A stretch of DNA of 64,000 nt from Gemella sp. GTDB taxonomy: Bacteria > Bacillota > Bacilli > Staphylococcales > Gemellaceae. Where the stretch lies: positions 9,433 through 73,432 of the forward strand of contig JAUMWC010000003.1 of NCBI GenBank assembly GCA_030529855.1, read 5' to 3'. Position numbers and translations under genes: made by a program. Numbering within the stretch: position 1 is the first letter of the stretch; every line of letters begins with the position of its first letter. This document shows, one piece after another, positions 33,856-44,252 of this stretch. A model generated the notes under the pieces. It ran no database searches, was not told the origin of the DNA, and saw only the letters and a list, made by a program, of their open reading frames with translations.

Positions 33856-34788
33856 CTAAACAGCTATAGGTGCTTTAATATATGGATGACTTTCGTAATC
33901 TACCACTGTTACATCAGATATATTTAACTCAAATATGCTTTTAAAATCGTTAATTTTTAAATGTGGTAAGCTATACGGTTCTCTAGAAAGTTGTAATTTA
34001 ACTTGTTCAAAATGGTTTGTATATATATGAGCATCTCCCAAAGTATGAATGAATTCTCCTACATCTAAATCACATTCCTTAGCTATAATCATAGTTAGTA
34101 GCGCGTAAGAGGCAATATTAAACGGGACCCCTAAAAATACATCTCCACTTCTTTGATAAAGCTGACACGACAATTTATTATCATTTACATAAAATTGAAA
34201 CATAGTGTGACAAGGCGGCAATGCCATTGAATCTATTTCTAAAGGATTCCATGCGGAAATAATAATTCTTCTTGAATTTGGATTATTTTTAATTTGTTCT
34301 ATTACATTTTTCAACTGGTCTATACCGTTAAAATTACGCCACTGCTTTCCATACACATTCCCTAAATCTCCATATTTTTTAGAAAAGTTATCGTCAGTTA
34401 AAATTTTATTTTTAAAATTCTCTAATTCTCTTTCATATTCTAATTTAAATTCCTCATCTTTAAGTACTCTATGACCAAAATCAGTCATGTCTACTCCTGT
34501 ATATTCATCACTTTCTATCCATTTTTTAAAGGCCCATTCATTCCAAATATTATTATTATTTTCCAATAAAAATTTTATATTTGTATCACCTCTAATAAAC
34601 CATAGTAGTTCTGACCAAATAAGATTAAAATTTATTTTTTTTGTTGTCAGAAGCGGAAATCCTTTACTTAGATCAAACCTCATTTGATATCCAAAAACAC
34701 TTTTTGTTCCTACTCCTGTTCTATCTTCTTTTAAAATTCCTTCATCCATTATATATTTACATAACTTCAGATATTCTTTATCAGCCAA
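33856..34788 (-). CDS. thyA: Thymidylate synthase (ThyA type)
   Basis: 310 aa; active-site [12 protein letters not shown]; directly upstream of folA. Confidence 0.95.
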   Translation of the reverse strand: MADKEYLKLCKYIMDEGILKEDRTGVGTKSVFGYQMRFDLSKGFPLLTTKKINFNLIWSELLWFIRGDTNIKFLLENNNNIWNEWAFKKWIESDEYTGVDMTDFGHRVLKDEEFKLEYERELENFKNKILTDDNFSKKYGDLGNVYGKQWRNFNGIDQLKNVIEQIKNNPNSRRIIISAWNPLEIDSMALPPCHTMFQFYVNDNKLSCQLYQRSGDVFLGVPFNIASYALLTMIIAKECDLDVGEFIHTLGDAHIYTNHFEQVKLQLSREPYSLPHLKINDFKSIFELNISDVTVVDYESHPYIKAPIAV

Positions 34789-34806
34789 TATAGAATACCT
34801 CCTTTT

Positions 34807-35592
34807 TTAATAAATTTTGAAGGGATCCCTTTCACTTTCAGCTATAACGACTTCATAAGAATTAGAAGTCGGTAATTTTTCCAAATACGACTTAAATAAC
34901 GCCTTACTAGCCTTTTCTGCGAAATGCCCTATATCGAGAAGATTTTGATTCATTTCTATAGCGTCAACCGCATCATGATAACCAATATCACCAGTAAGAT
35001 AAATATCTACTTCTGGTAAAGTTTGAATGAACGATGCCCCACTGCCTCCTAATATAGCTACAGATTTTATATTAATATCATTTGCTTTTACTAATTTTAC
35101 AAATTTTAAACCTAATTTTTCTTTAGCATATTCTATAAATTCTTCTTGAGACATACTTTCGGATAAGTTACCTATTCTACCTAAACCAGTATCTTCTACT
35201 TGTTTATTAGGAACTAAAACTTTAGTTTCTTGTAATTCTAATAACTTTGACAAATAGTCATTCAAACCAAATTTTGCTGAATCTAGATTTGTATGTGCAG
35301 AAATTACAGATATATCATTCTTTATTAATTCTTTTAATATTTTCCCTTTAAAATCATTAAAATTAATGTTTCTTATCCCCTTAAATATTAGTGGATGATG
35401 TGAAATAATTAAATCTATACTTTTTTCTTTTGCTTCTTTCACAACATCTGTAGTTACATCCAAGCATACTAAGATTTTCTCTACTTTTTGATTTTCATCA
35501 CCTAAAATAAGTCCTACATTATCCCATGATTCGGCTAAATTCTCGTCAGCCAGATCTTTTATGAAACTATATATATCTTTAACTTTAACCAT
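34807..35592 (-). CDS. Nif3-family dinuclear-metal-centre protein (GTP cyclohydrolase 1 type 2 homolog)
   Basis: Start at MVKVKDIY (RBS upstream); motifs SWDNVGL, ISHHPLIF and C-terminal IDIGHF. Confidence 0.85.
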   Translation of the reverse strand: MVKVKDIYSFIKDLADENLAESWDNVGLILGDENQKVEKILVCLDVTTDVVKEAKEKSIDLIISHHPLIFKGIRNINFNDFKGKILKELIKNDISVISAHTNLDSAKFGLNDYLSKLLELQETKVLVPNKQVEDTGLGRIGNLSESMSQEEFIEYAKEKLGLKFVKLVKANDINIKSVAILGGSGASFIQTLPEVDIYLTGDIGYHDAVDAIEMNQNLLDIGHFAEKASKALFKSYLEKLPTSNSYEVVIAESERDPFKIY

Positions 35593-35720
35593 ACTATCTC
35601 CTCTCACTATCAAATTATATCACAATAATTATAAAATATACAATTATGTTCCTTCTCCTCTGACTTAATCAGTATAAGTATGTTATAATTAAAGATGATA
35701 TTTTTAATGTGGAGAATTGT

Positions 35721-38054
35721 ATGATTAATGTAGAAGGTTATATAAATAAAATAATATTTCATAATCAAGACAATAATTATTGTATATTATCTGTGTTCTT
35801 AAACAAAAAGTATGATTTTATAGATGGTGATTACATTTCTATTGTCGGGACATTTGATATAGATTTTGTAGAGGATGAACTCTACTCATTTAAAGGAGAT
35901 ATGACACATCATAAAAAATTTGGAACACAAATTCATGCAATAGTAGCTGAAAGAGTCATAAAAAAAGATGCCTCTTCGGTAATAGATTATCTTTCTAGTA
36001 CTACTTTTCCGGGAATTGGTAAAAAAACTGCAGAACTTATCGTCGATAAATTGGGAATAGATTGCCTGGATATCATATATGCTGATAAAAATAAATTATT
36101 AGAGATTGCATCAATACCCAATCAAAAAAAAGAAATAATATATCAAAATATTATTAATAATAAACAATCCCAAGATATTATATTAAAATTAAATGACCTA
36201 GGATTCAGTAACAAAATCATTAATAAAATATACAGCTACTACAAAGGAAATACTCTAAACATAATTAATAATAATCCTTACGAATTAATCGCTACTATTA
36301 AAGGAATTGGGTTCTTAACTATTGATAGAATTGCTGATAAAATTGGAATTGAATTTAATGACTCTGAAAGAATTAAACACGCTCTAATTTTTTCAATTAA
36401 TGAACAATCATTTTCAAATGGAGATACTTATATTTTAGAGAGAGAATTATTATATAAAACCTTCAATCTATTATATAAATCTAGACCCATCCCAATAGCA
36501 AAAGAAGATATTATATCTGCCTTCAATGAGTGCATAAAAAATAGAGAACTTATACAAATCGAAGATAAAATCTTTCTTCCCTCTATATATGAAGCTGAAT
36601 ATTTTATATATAATGATATAAAATATAGAATTAAGTTATCTGAAACTGAAGAAATGCATATTCCAATATCCAAACTAGATTCTTATATACAAGAAATTGA
36701 AAACGAACTGAATATAACATATGATATAGCTCAAATTGAAGCTATTAAAAATTCCATAACCAATAATTTTTCCATTCTTACTGGAGGGCCTGGTACAGGA
36801 AAAACAACTATTATATTAGCAATAATTAAAATATTTCAAAAAATAAATAATTTTTCTCATAACGATTTACTAGATGAAGAAAAAAACATACTATGTCTAT
36901 GTGCTCCTACTGGAAAGGCAGCTAAACGTATGTCAGAAGCAACAGGTTTCTATTCATCTACTATTCACAAAGCTATTGGATGGACTACTGAAGATACTGA
37001 TATTCATGAATTTTCTAGTGATAAGTATATTAAGTCAAAATTAGTTATAGTTGATGAAACTAGTATGATTGATGTTTTTCTTATGCAAAATCTTCTGAAA
37101 ATAATTGATAAAAATTCCAAAATAGTTCTTGTAGGAGATACAGATCAATTACCATCTATATCTCCAGGTAATATATTAAAAGATTTAGTTAACACTTATA
37201 GTGTACCTACAGCACAATTAAACAAAGTCTTTAGACAAGCTAATGATTCTAGTATAATAAATTTATCTTATTCAATAAAGAATAACTTTCCTATCGATAT
37301 TTTAGAAAATTATAGTGATCGTGAATTCTTCTTCTCAAATAAAAATGATATTTTAGACACTACATTGACTATTTATAAAAATTTATTAGAGGAAACAACT
37401 CCAGATAAAATACAAATATTAATTCCACTCTATAAATCCCTATATGGTATTAATAATTTTAATACTCTTATTCAAAATACCTTCAATAATTCTACGGTTC
37501 AAATAGAATATGGTGATTTTATCTATAAATTAAATGATAGAGTTATGCAATTGGAAAATAGATCAGAAGACAATATATTTAACGGAGATACTGGTATTAT
37601 TGAATCAATTTTTGAAGAAGATGGAAAACAGAAAATAGTTGTTAACTTTGATAATAACTACATAACTTATGAAAAACAAGAATTAAACCAATTAATCCTT
37701 GCGTATTCATGCTCTATTCATAAATCTCAGGGATCTGAATTTGAATACATTATTATTCCTTTGGTAGATAACTATAATTTCATGTATAATAAAAATCTTA
37801 TTTATACAGCTATCACAAGAGCAAAAAAGAAGTTAATTTTTTGTGGGAATCCTTCCGTATTTTATAATGCTATTGCCCCAAATAATACTATACAAAGAAA
37901 TTCTTATTTATCAACTTTTTTCTCTAATTCAGGAGAAAGTTTAGAAAATTTTAGTGAAAGTACTACTTATATACTTAACGAATGTAATATCAATACAATT
38001 GATCCTATGATTGGTATGGAAAATATAAATTTATACGAAAAAAATGCAGATTAA
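35721..38054 (+). CDS. recD2: RecD2-type ATP-dependent DNA helicase (RecD/TraA family, YrrC-like)
   Basis: About 777 aa; N-terminal OB/HhH region, Walker A GGPGTGKTT, LVGDTDQLPS motif, C-terminal SH3-like region. ATG at 35721 after a GGAG RBS; the tracked start at 35709 is a GTG. Confidence 0.85.
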   Translation: MINVEGYINKIIFHNQDNNYCILSVFLNKKYDFIDGDYISIVGTFDIDFVEDELYSFKGDMTHHKKFGTQIHAIVAERVIKKDASSVIDYLSSTTFPGIGKKTAELIVDKLGIDCLDIIYADKNKLLEIASIPNQKKEIIYQNIINNKQSQDIILKLNDLGFSNKIINKIYSYYKGNTLNIINNNPYELIATIKGIGFLTIDRIADKIGIEFNDSERIKHALIFSINEQSFSNGDTYILERELLYKTFNLLYKSRPIPIAKEDIISAFNECIKNRELIQIEDKIFLPSIYEAEYFIYNDIKYRIKLSETEEMHIPISKLDSYIQEIENELNITYDIAQIEAIKNSITNNFSILTGGPGTGKTTIILAIIKIFQKINNFSHNDLLDEEKNILCLCAPTGKAAKRMSEATGFYSSTIHKAIGWTTEDTDIHEFSSDKYIKSKLVIVDETSMIDVFLMQNLLKIIDKNSKIVLVGDTDQLPSISPGNILKDLVNTYSVPTAQLNKVFRQANDSSIINLSYSIKNNFPIDILENYSDREFFFSNKNDILDTTLTIYKNLLEETTPDKIQILIPLYKSLYGINNFNTLIQNTFNNSTVQIEYGDFIYKLNDRVMQLENRSEDNIFNGDTGIIESIFEEDGKQKIVVNFDNNYITYEKQELNQLILAYSCSIHKSQGSEFEYIIIPLVDNYNFMYNKNLIYTAITRAKKKLIFCGNPSVFYNAIAPNNTIQRNSYLSTFFSNSGESLENFSESTTYILNECNINTIDPMIGMENINLYEKNAD

Positions 38055-38068
38055 AACAATCTGCATTT

Positions 38069-38641
38069 TTAATTTGTTTTGCAATATTCATATCTAAAAC
38101 AATCAGTTGTATGATCATTTATAATTCCAATAGCTTGTAAATATGAATATATAATTGTAGACCCTACAAATTTAAAACCACGTTTCTTCATATCTTTGGA
38201 AATTATATCGGATAAGTCTGATTTGGTTAGTCGTTCTTCCTCGTTTTCTATAGTATTTATAACTTTTTTAAATTTTACAAATGACCAAATATATTCATAA
38301 AAAGTTCCATATTCTTTTCTAATTTCTATAAACGAGATAGCATTTTGTCTCACGGAATAAATTTTTAATTTATTCCTAATAATAGAACTATTTTCCAGTA
38401 GACTTTCTAAATATTCATCACTATACTCAGCACATCTATTGAAATCAAAATTATTGAATGCAATATTAAAAGCCGCTCTCTTTTTTAATATTATATTCCA
38501 ACTAAGCCCAGCCTGCATCCCCTCTAAAATTAACAATTCAAATAATTTTCTGTCATCTTTTGTAACAAGTCCCCACTCACGATCATGGTATTCTTTATCA
38601 AAATCATCTTTGACCCAAGAACATCTTAGTTTACTCTTCAT
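38069..38641 (-). CDS. tag: DNA-3-methyladenine glycosylase I
   Basis: 190 aa; RCSWV...YHDREWG and the EGMQAGLSW Tag signature; C-terminal zinc-site cysteine/histidine residues. Confidence 0.9.
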   Translation of the reverse strand: MKSKLRCSWVKDDFDKEYHDREWGLVTKDDRKLFELLILEGMQAGLSWNIILKKRAAFNIAFNNFDFNRCAEYSDEYLESLLENSSIIRNKLKIYSVRQNAISFIEIRKEYGTFYEYIWSFVKFKKVINTIENEEERLTKSDLSDIISKDMKKRGFKFVGSTIIYSYLQAIGIINDHTTDCFRYEYCKTN

Positions 38642-38642
38642 G

Positions 38643-41600
38643 TTATCTCCTTATACTAGGTTCGATTAATTTTAATAATTTGAGTGTCCATTTTAGAAGA
38701 TTCGCTTTCTTTTTATCAAATTCTAATATTAATATATCTTTTACTTGTATCCTTACATCTCTGTGATTTATTAGTTGTTCAAATAACTTTGGTCCATCTA
38801 AGACTTCTAAAATTTCTTTTCTAAATTCTATCACAACCTTATTAGCTAGTTCTTTGATTGTAGCTACATATAACTTTTCGGAAAATATTCGAATAAGTGT
38901 ATTATCTAAAAGATTTTCCACCTCTACTCCATAATCTGAAAATCTATCTATCATTTCATCAGCTAATTCAAAAACATCATCTTCAGTCTGACTTTGAGCC
39001 AATTTTTTATAGAAATAAAGTTTATCAGAATCTTTAGACATATAACCTTTGGGAATATATGCGTCCATATTAAATTTAATTTCAACTTTACTTTCTTTTA
39101 ATTCAAAAATATCCTCAACTTTCTCTTTTGGGATATTATTCACTATATTTTCATAATATTCTATAGATTTTGTTTTATCTCCGCTTAAAATAGGTTGTAG
39201 TACTTCTTTTTTATTTAACAATTCTCTCTCTAGTAGTTGTGAATACAATGTATATCCCACAGAGTCAATAAATCCATGTTGTTTTGCTCCTAAAGTATCT
39301 CCAGCACCCCTTATTGAAAGATCTTGCATAGCTATTTTAAATCCACTTCCTAAAGCAGTAAAGTTCTTTATAGCAGCTAATCTCTTTTCAGAGTTTTCTG
39401 TTAATATTTTAGCTGGTTTATACATAAAATACGCATAAGCTTCTCTACTACTTCTTCCTACTCTACCTCTTATTTGGTATAGCTGACTTAATCCAAATTT
39501 ATCAGCATCTTCTACAATTAATGTATTAACATTAGAAATATCAATTCCGGTTTCTATTATAGTAGTTGTTATTAACATGTCATATTCTTTATTTATCAGA
39601 TCCGTCATAATAGTTTCTAATTCCTTCTGAGACATTCTTCCGTGTGCATAAGCTATATTAATTTCTGGTAACAGTTTTTTTAACTCTAAATATTTCTCTT
39701 CTATACTTTCAACTTTATTGTAAAGATAAAAAACTTGACCATTTCTCTCAACTTCATTCAAAACCGCTTCTCTAATAATAGTTGAATTTTCTCTAGTTAT
39801 AAAAGTTTGAATAGGTTGTCTATTAGTAGGTGGTGTTTCTATAACAGACAAATCTCGTATCCCTATCAAGCTCATATGAAGAGTTCTCGGTATAGGCGTG
39901 GCACTTAAAGTTAATACATCTATCAAATTCTTTAAATGTTTTATTTTTTCTTTATGCTTTACTCCAAACCTTTGCTCTTCATCTATTATTAACAAACCTA
40001 AATCTTTATATTTAAATTTATCATTTAATAATTTATGTGTCCCTATGATAATATCAATTTTTCCTTGGTTAAGCTTATCAATTATTTCGTTAATTTCTTT
40101 TGTAGACTTGAATCTATTAACTACTTCTATATTCACAGGGAAATTAGAAAATCTTGCTATAAAGTTTTCATAGTGTTGCTCAGCCAATAAAGTAGTAGGC
40201 ACCAACACTGCAACTTGTTTATTATCCATTACAGCTTTAAATGCGATTCTCATTGCTACTTCTGTTTTTCCAAATCCAACATCACCACAAAGAAGTCTGT
40301 CCATAGGCCTTGACTTCTGCATATCCTCTTTTATTTCAAGAGTAACCTTCTCTTGATCTTCTGTTGCATCAAATACAAAATCTTGTTCAAATTCTTTTTG
40401 CATAGATGTATCGTCACTGAAAGCATACCCTTGGTTTAACTCTCTCTGAATGTACATCTTTATTAACTCTTCTGAAATATCTTCTATTTCTTTCTTTACT
40501 TTAAATTTTACTTGATTCCATTTTTTAGTTCCTAATTTATTAAGTTTAGGTTTTCTATTATCTGTCGAAGACATATACTTTTGTATATATTGCATATTCT
40601 CAATATCTACATAAATTATGTCGCTTCCCTCATAAGCTACTTTAAGAAAATCTTTGTATATCCCATTAACTTCAATATTTTCTATTCCTTGATATAGTCC
40701 AATTCCGTGGTGAATATGCACTATATAATCACCTACATTTAAATCTTGGTAATTTCTAATTTTTTCTGAATTTGAATACTTAAAAGAAACTTTCTTTTTC
40801 TTTTTTGATATATTTTTAAATATTTCTCTAGGTGTTATAAATATAAATTTATTTTCAGTATTAGTAAAACCCTTTAAACTTAAAGAAGATTCCTCTAAAT
40901 GTATTTTACCTGCACTTAATCCTATATTTATTTTATCATATAAATCATAATCAAATAAAACTTTTTCAACATAATCTCTTTGCTTCTTTGTATGTACAAG
41001 TATCGCTATCTCAAATTTTTGGTTTATTTTATTAACTAATTCTTTCCCCAATTCTTCCCCTGTGAAAAAAAATTCTAAATCTTGGATTCCCAAGTTAATT
41101 TGATTTTTAAAATACCTATCTCCAGATTTTAACAATGTTAAATTATATTTTACATTCTTTGAATTAATAAATTTATCAAAAGCTAAATCATCATAGATTT
41201 TCTGATAAATATTTGTATTTGATATATCTTTTAAATTATCAATATAATACTCTTGCAGACTCTCATGTTTTTCTTTTAGCTTAGCAAAATTATCAAAAAA
41301 TATATCTGCGGTTTCGTCTATATAATCAAATATTGAATATACATCTTTATATATATAATTTGAAAATGGAGTTAATTCATCAAAAACTCTACTTTCTCTA
41401 TAAAATTTTATTTTATATTCCAAATATGTTTTTACATCCGAAAAATTTTCTATTTCATTTAATTCATTATCGTGTAACTTTTGTTCTAATATATCCACGA
41501 CTATATCTTTTTCATTGCTAGTTAAATAAAAATCACTTGTAGGATATATTTTTATTTTTTCTATAGTTTCTATTGACTTTTGCGTAGCATAATCAAATTT

Positions 41601-42173
41601 TTTTATACTATCTAATTCACTGTCAAAATAATCTAACCTTATTGGTGTATCTGATAATGGACTGTACACATCTATAATCGATCCACGTTTAGAGTATTCG
41701 CCTACGTTTTCTACCGAATCTACAAGAGTATACCCTAAATCATTTAAATTTTTAGAAATTGTTTCAAAACTAGGGTATTCTTCAAGTGAAATATTTATAA
41801 AATTATTTTTAAAATCGTCTGGTTTTCTTAAAGTACGGTATATAGCAGAAATAGGTATTATCAAAATCATAGGTACATTAGTAGTTAAATTTTCTAATAT
41901 TTTTATTGATACTTGATATAAATCATTACTAATAGTTGTAAATTTCCTTAACACATCTATTTCTGGGAAAATATATACATCTTCCGTAAGTGATAATATA
42001 TCCTCTTGTAATTTTTCTGCTTCCTTTTTTGAGTCTGTTATTAATACTACAGTTTTCCCTTGTGTATACTTTTTATATAATAGTAGTACTTTTGTGGTAT
42101 GGTTATTGGAATAAAATTCTGTATTTTCATCATTATTGGATAACTTAATAATTTCTAATAATCTATTAAACAC
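38643..42173 (-). CDS. mfd: Transcription-repair coupling factor
   Basis: 1176 aa; UvrB-homology N-terminus, CarD/TRCF domain, superfamily-2 helicase motifs (GDVGFGKTEVA, DEEQRFG), TRG motif and C-terminal domain. Conserved mfd-pth-prs neighbourhood. Confidence 0.95.
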   Translation of the reverse strand: MFNRLLEIIKLSNNDENTEFYSNNHTTKVLLLYKKYTQGKTVVLITDSKKEAEKLQEDILSLTEDVYIFPEIDVLRKFTTISNDLYQVSIKILENLTTNVPMILIIPISAIYRTLRKPDDFKNNFINISLEEYPSFETISKNLNDLGYTLVDSVENVGEYSKRGSIIDVYSPLSDTPIRLDYFDSELDSIKKFDYATQKSIETIEKIKIYPTSDFYLTSNEKDIVVDILEQKLHDNELNEIENFSDVKTYLEYKIKFYRESRVFDELTPFSNYIYKDVYSIFDYIDETADIFFDNFAKLKEKHESLQEYYIDNLKDISNTNIYQKIYDDLAFDKFINSKNVKYNLTLLKSGDRYFKNQINLGIQDLEFFFTGEELGKELVNKINQKFEIAILVHTKKQRDYVEKVLFDYDLYDKINIGLSAGKIHLEESSLSLKGFTNTENKFIFITPREIFKNISKKKKKVSFKYSNSEKIRNYQDLNVGDYIVHIHHGIGLYQGIENIEVNGIYKDFLKVAYEGSDIIYVDIENMQYIQKYMSSTDNRKPKLNKLGTKKWNQVKFKVKKEIEDISEELIKMYIQRELNQGYAFSDDTSMQKEFEQDFVFDATEDQEKVTLEIKEDMQKSRPMDRLLCGDVGFGKTEVAMRIAFKAVMDNKQVAVLVPTTLLAEQHYENFIARFSNFPVNIEVVNRFKSTKEINEIIDKLNQGKIDIIIGTHKLLNDKFKYKDLGLLIIDEEQRFGVKHKEKIKHLKNLIDVLTLSATPIPRTLHMSLIGIRDLSVIETPPTNRQPIQTFITRENSTIIREAVLNEVERNGQVFYLYNKVESIEEKYLELKKLLPEINIAYAHGRMSQKELETIMTDLINKEYDMLITTTIIETGIDISNVNTLIVEDADKFGLSQLYQIRGRVGRSSREAYAYFMYKPAKILTENSEKRLAAIKNFTALGSGFKIAMQDLSIRGAGDTLGAKQHGFIDSVGYTLYSQLLERELLNKKEVLQPILSGDKTKSIEYYENIVNNIPKEKVEDIFELKESKVEIKFNMDAYIPKGYMSKDSDKLYFYKKLAQSQTEDDVFELADEMIDRFSDYGVEVENLLDNTLIRIFSEKLYVATIKELANKVVIEFRKEILEVLDGPKLFEQLINHRDVRIQVKDILILEFDKKKANLLKWTLKLLKLIEPSIRR

Positions 42174-42176
42174 AAC

Positions 42177-42740
42177 CTACCTCTTATTATATTTATTCAT
42201 TAAATCTATAAATGACATCTTCGAAAAATCTTCTATGCATTCATTAGATTTCGTATATATTTTTTCCAATTCTATTATTTCTTCTTTACTAAAACGTCCT
42301 AATACATAATCAGATACCTTCATTCCATTTCTAGGTCTATCTATTCCAATTTTTAATCTATTAAATTTTTCTGTAGCAAGATGAGATATAATACTCTTAA
42401 TTCCATTATGTCCACCACTACTTCCTCTATTTCGCAACCTAAAATTAGCTGTTTTTGTATCCAAATCATCATAAATCACCAAAATATCTTCAATATCTAT
42501 ATTGAAATAATCATAAAATTTTCTAACAGACTCTCCCGATAAATTCATATACGTCTTAGGTTTCACTAATAAATATTTTTCTCCATTAATATAGAACATT
42601 GCATAATCTGAATTAAATTTTTCTTTATCAAAAGAAACATTATATTTTCTTACAAATTCATCTAACAACATAAAACCTATATTATGACGCGTATTTTCAT
42701 ATTCTTTTCCAGGATTCCCTAACCCTACTATCATTTTCAT
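42177..42740 (-). CDS. pth: Peptidyl-tRNA hydrolase
   Basis: 187 aa; GLGNPG...TRHNIGF motif. Confidence 0.95.
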   Translation of the reverse strand: MKMIVGLGNPGKEYENTRHNIGFMLLDEFVRKYNVSFDKEKFNSDYAMFYINGEKYLLVKPKTYMNLSGESVRKFYDYFNIDIEDILVIYDDLDTKTANFRLRNRGSSGGHNGIKSIISHLATEKFNRLKIGIDRPRNGMKVSDYVLGRFSKEEIIELEKIYTKSNECIEDFSKMSFIDLMNKYNKR

Positions 42741-42768
42741 TGAATTTTACCTCCTAAAATATAAATAG

Positions 42769-42801
42769 CAAAAAAGGTAACTTTACAGAGTTACCTTTTT
42801 G
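42769..42801 (-). terminator. Terminator between prs and pth
   Basis: AAAAAGGTAACT, loop TTACAGA, GTTACCTTTTT. Confidence 0.55.
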
Positions 42802-42811
42802 CTGTATTCAT

Positions 42812-43765
42812 CTATTCAAACAGTACACTAACTGGTTCATTTTTGTGGATTCTATAAATCGCTTTCCCAATTAATTCTCCTACACATAAAGGAGTCATTT
42901 TTTCTAATTTTTTGTCTGCTGGGATATTAATCGTGTTAGCATAAACTAACTCTTTTATCGGTGAATCTTCTATTCTTTCTAAAGCAGGTCCACTTAAAAC
43001 CGCATGAGAACAAGAAGCATACACTTCTTTAGCCCCTTTTTCTATTAAAGCTCTCGCTCCTAAAGTAATAGTTCCTGCTGTATCAATAATATCATCTATT
43101 AAAATACACGTCTTACCTTCAATATTTCCTACAATATTCATAACCTCTGCGACATTTGGCTTAGGTCTACGTTTATCTATTATAGCAATCGGTGTATTTA
43201 ATAAATCTGCAAGTTTTCTTGCTCTAGTAACCCCACCATGATCTGGAGATACTATGACAACATCCTCCATGTTAGGTAATGTCTCTTGAAAATGTTTTGC
43301 TATAATAGGCGCAACCATCAAGTGATCTACTGGTATATCAAAGAAACCTTGAATCTGTAAAGCATGTAAATCCATTGTAATTACTCTATCTGCTCCGGCT
43401 GTTTCTATTAAATTAGCTACTAACTTAGCTGTAATAGGCTCTCTACTTCTTGCTTTTCTATCTTGTCGTGCATACCCATAATATGGAATAACTACGTTGA
43501 TCGTATCAACTGAGGCTCTTTTTAGTGCATCTATCATTATAAGTAATGTCATTAGACTTTCATTTACCGGATTACTAGTAGATTGTATTACAAAAACTTC
43601 ACTTCCTCTAACACTTTCCTCTATATTGATAGAAACTTCTCCATCGCTAAATTTTTTAACGCTACATTTACTTAATTTTATCCCCATTGCATCAGCTACC
43701 TTTTCTGCTAAAGGTATGTTAGAGTCTAATGAAAATAACATTAGTGGTTTTTCTTCGATAAGCAT
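42812..43765 (-). CDS. prs: Ribose-phosphate pyrophosphokinase
   Basis: 317 aa; PRPP synthetase motifs ([19 protein letters not shown]). Confidence 0.95.
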   Translation of the reverse strand: MLIEEKPLMLFSLDSNIPLAEKVADAMGIKLSKCSVKKFSDGEVSINIEESVRGSEVFVIQSTSNPVNESLMTLLIMIDALKRASVDTINVVIPYYGYARQDRKARSREPITAKLVANLIETAGADRVITMDLHALQIQGFFDIPVDHLMVAPIIAKHFQETLPNMEDVVIVSPDHGGVTRARKLADLLNTPIAIIDKRRPKPNVAEVMNIVGNIEGKTCILIDDIIDTAGTITLGARALIEKGAKEVYASCSHAVLSGPALERIEDSPIKELVYANTINIPADKKLEKMTPLCVGELIGKAIYRIHKNEPVSVLFE

Positions 43766-43856
43766 ATTAAATCCCCCAAAAATCAGTATTATTTAGAATA
43801 ATTTTATCATAAAAAGGCTTTTATTTCCAGTATATTCATTAAATATCCTAATATAT

Positions 43857-43893
43857 AGAAAAAGTACTAAATATTTAAATTTAGTACTTTTTG
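43857..43893 (-). terminator. Rho-independent terminator after trxA
   Basis: AAAGTACTAAAT, loop ATTT, AAATTTAGTACTTT, flanked by T/A runs. Confidence 0.65.
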
Positions 43894-43897
43894 ATTA

Positions 43898-44206
43898 TTA
43901 ATTATATTTTGCTAAAATTTCTTCTAAATCTGATTTAGGTCTAAATCCTACTAATTGTTCTAAAACTTGCCCTTCTTTTACTACAAGTAATGCTGGAATA
44001 GACATTATTCCATGTTCTCCTGCAGCTTCTTGATGGTCATCTACATTCAATTTAACAAAGTTAATATTTGTCAATTCTTGTGATAACTCTTCTAAAACAG
44101 GTGTTGTCATTTTACAAGGTCCACACCATGGCGCCCAAAAATCTACTAAAGTTACTTGTGAACCATTTTTCAATTCATAAAATTCTTTATCGTTAATATC
44201 TTTCAT
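43898..44206 (-). CDS. trxA: Thioredoxin
   Basis: 102 aa; WAPWCGPCKM active site. Confidence 0.96.
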   Translation of the reverse strand: MKDINDKEFYELKNGSQVTLVDFWAPWCGPCKMTTPVLEELSQELTNINFVKLNVDDHQEAAGEHGIMSIPALLVVKEGQVLEQLVGFRPKSDLEEILAKYN

Positions 44207-44252
44207 AATTAAATACTCCTTAATTTAATATAGATATATTCTACTCTTTTAT

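Noticed and set aside
38439-38669. Multiple 60-150 aa ORFs on the strand opposite to large genes (e.g. 38439..38669, 44863..45210, 49711..50091, 28560..29105)
   Set aside because: All are embedded antisense within strongly supported housekeeping CDSs. They have low-complexity S/I/F/L-rich translations typical of AT-rich shadow frames, and no RBS.
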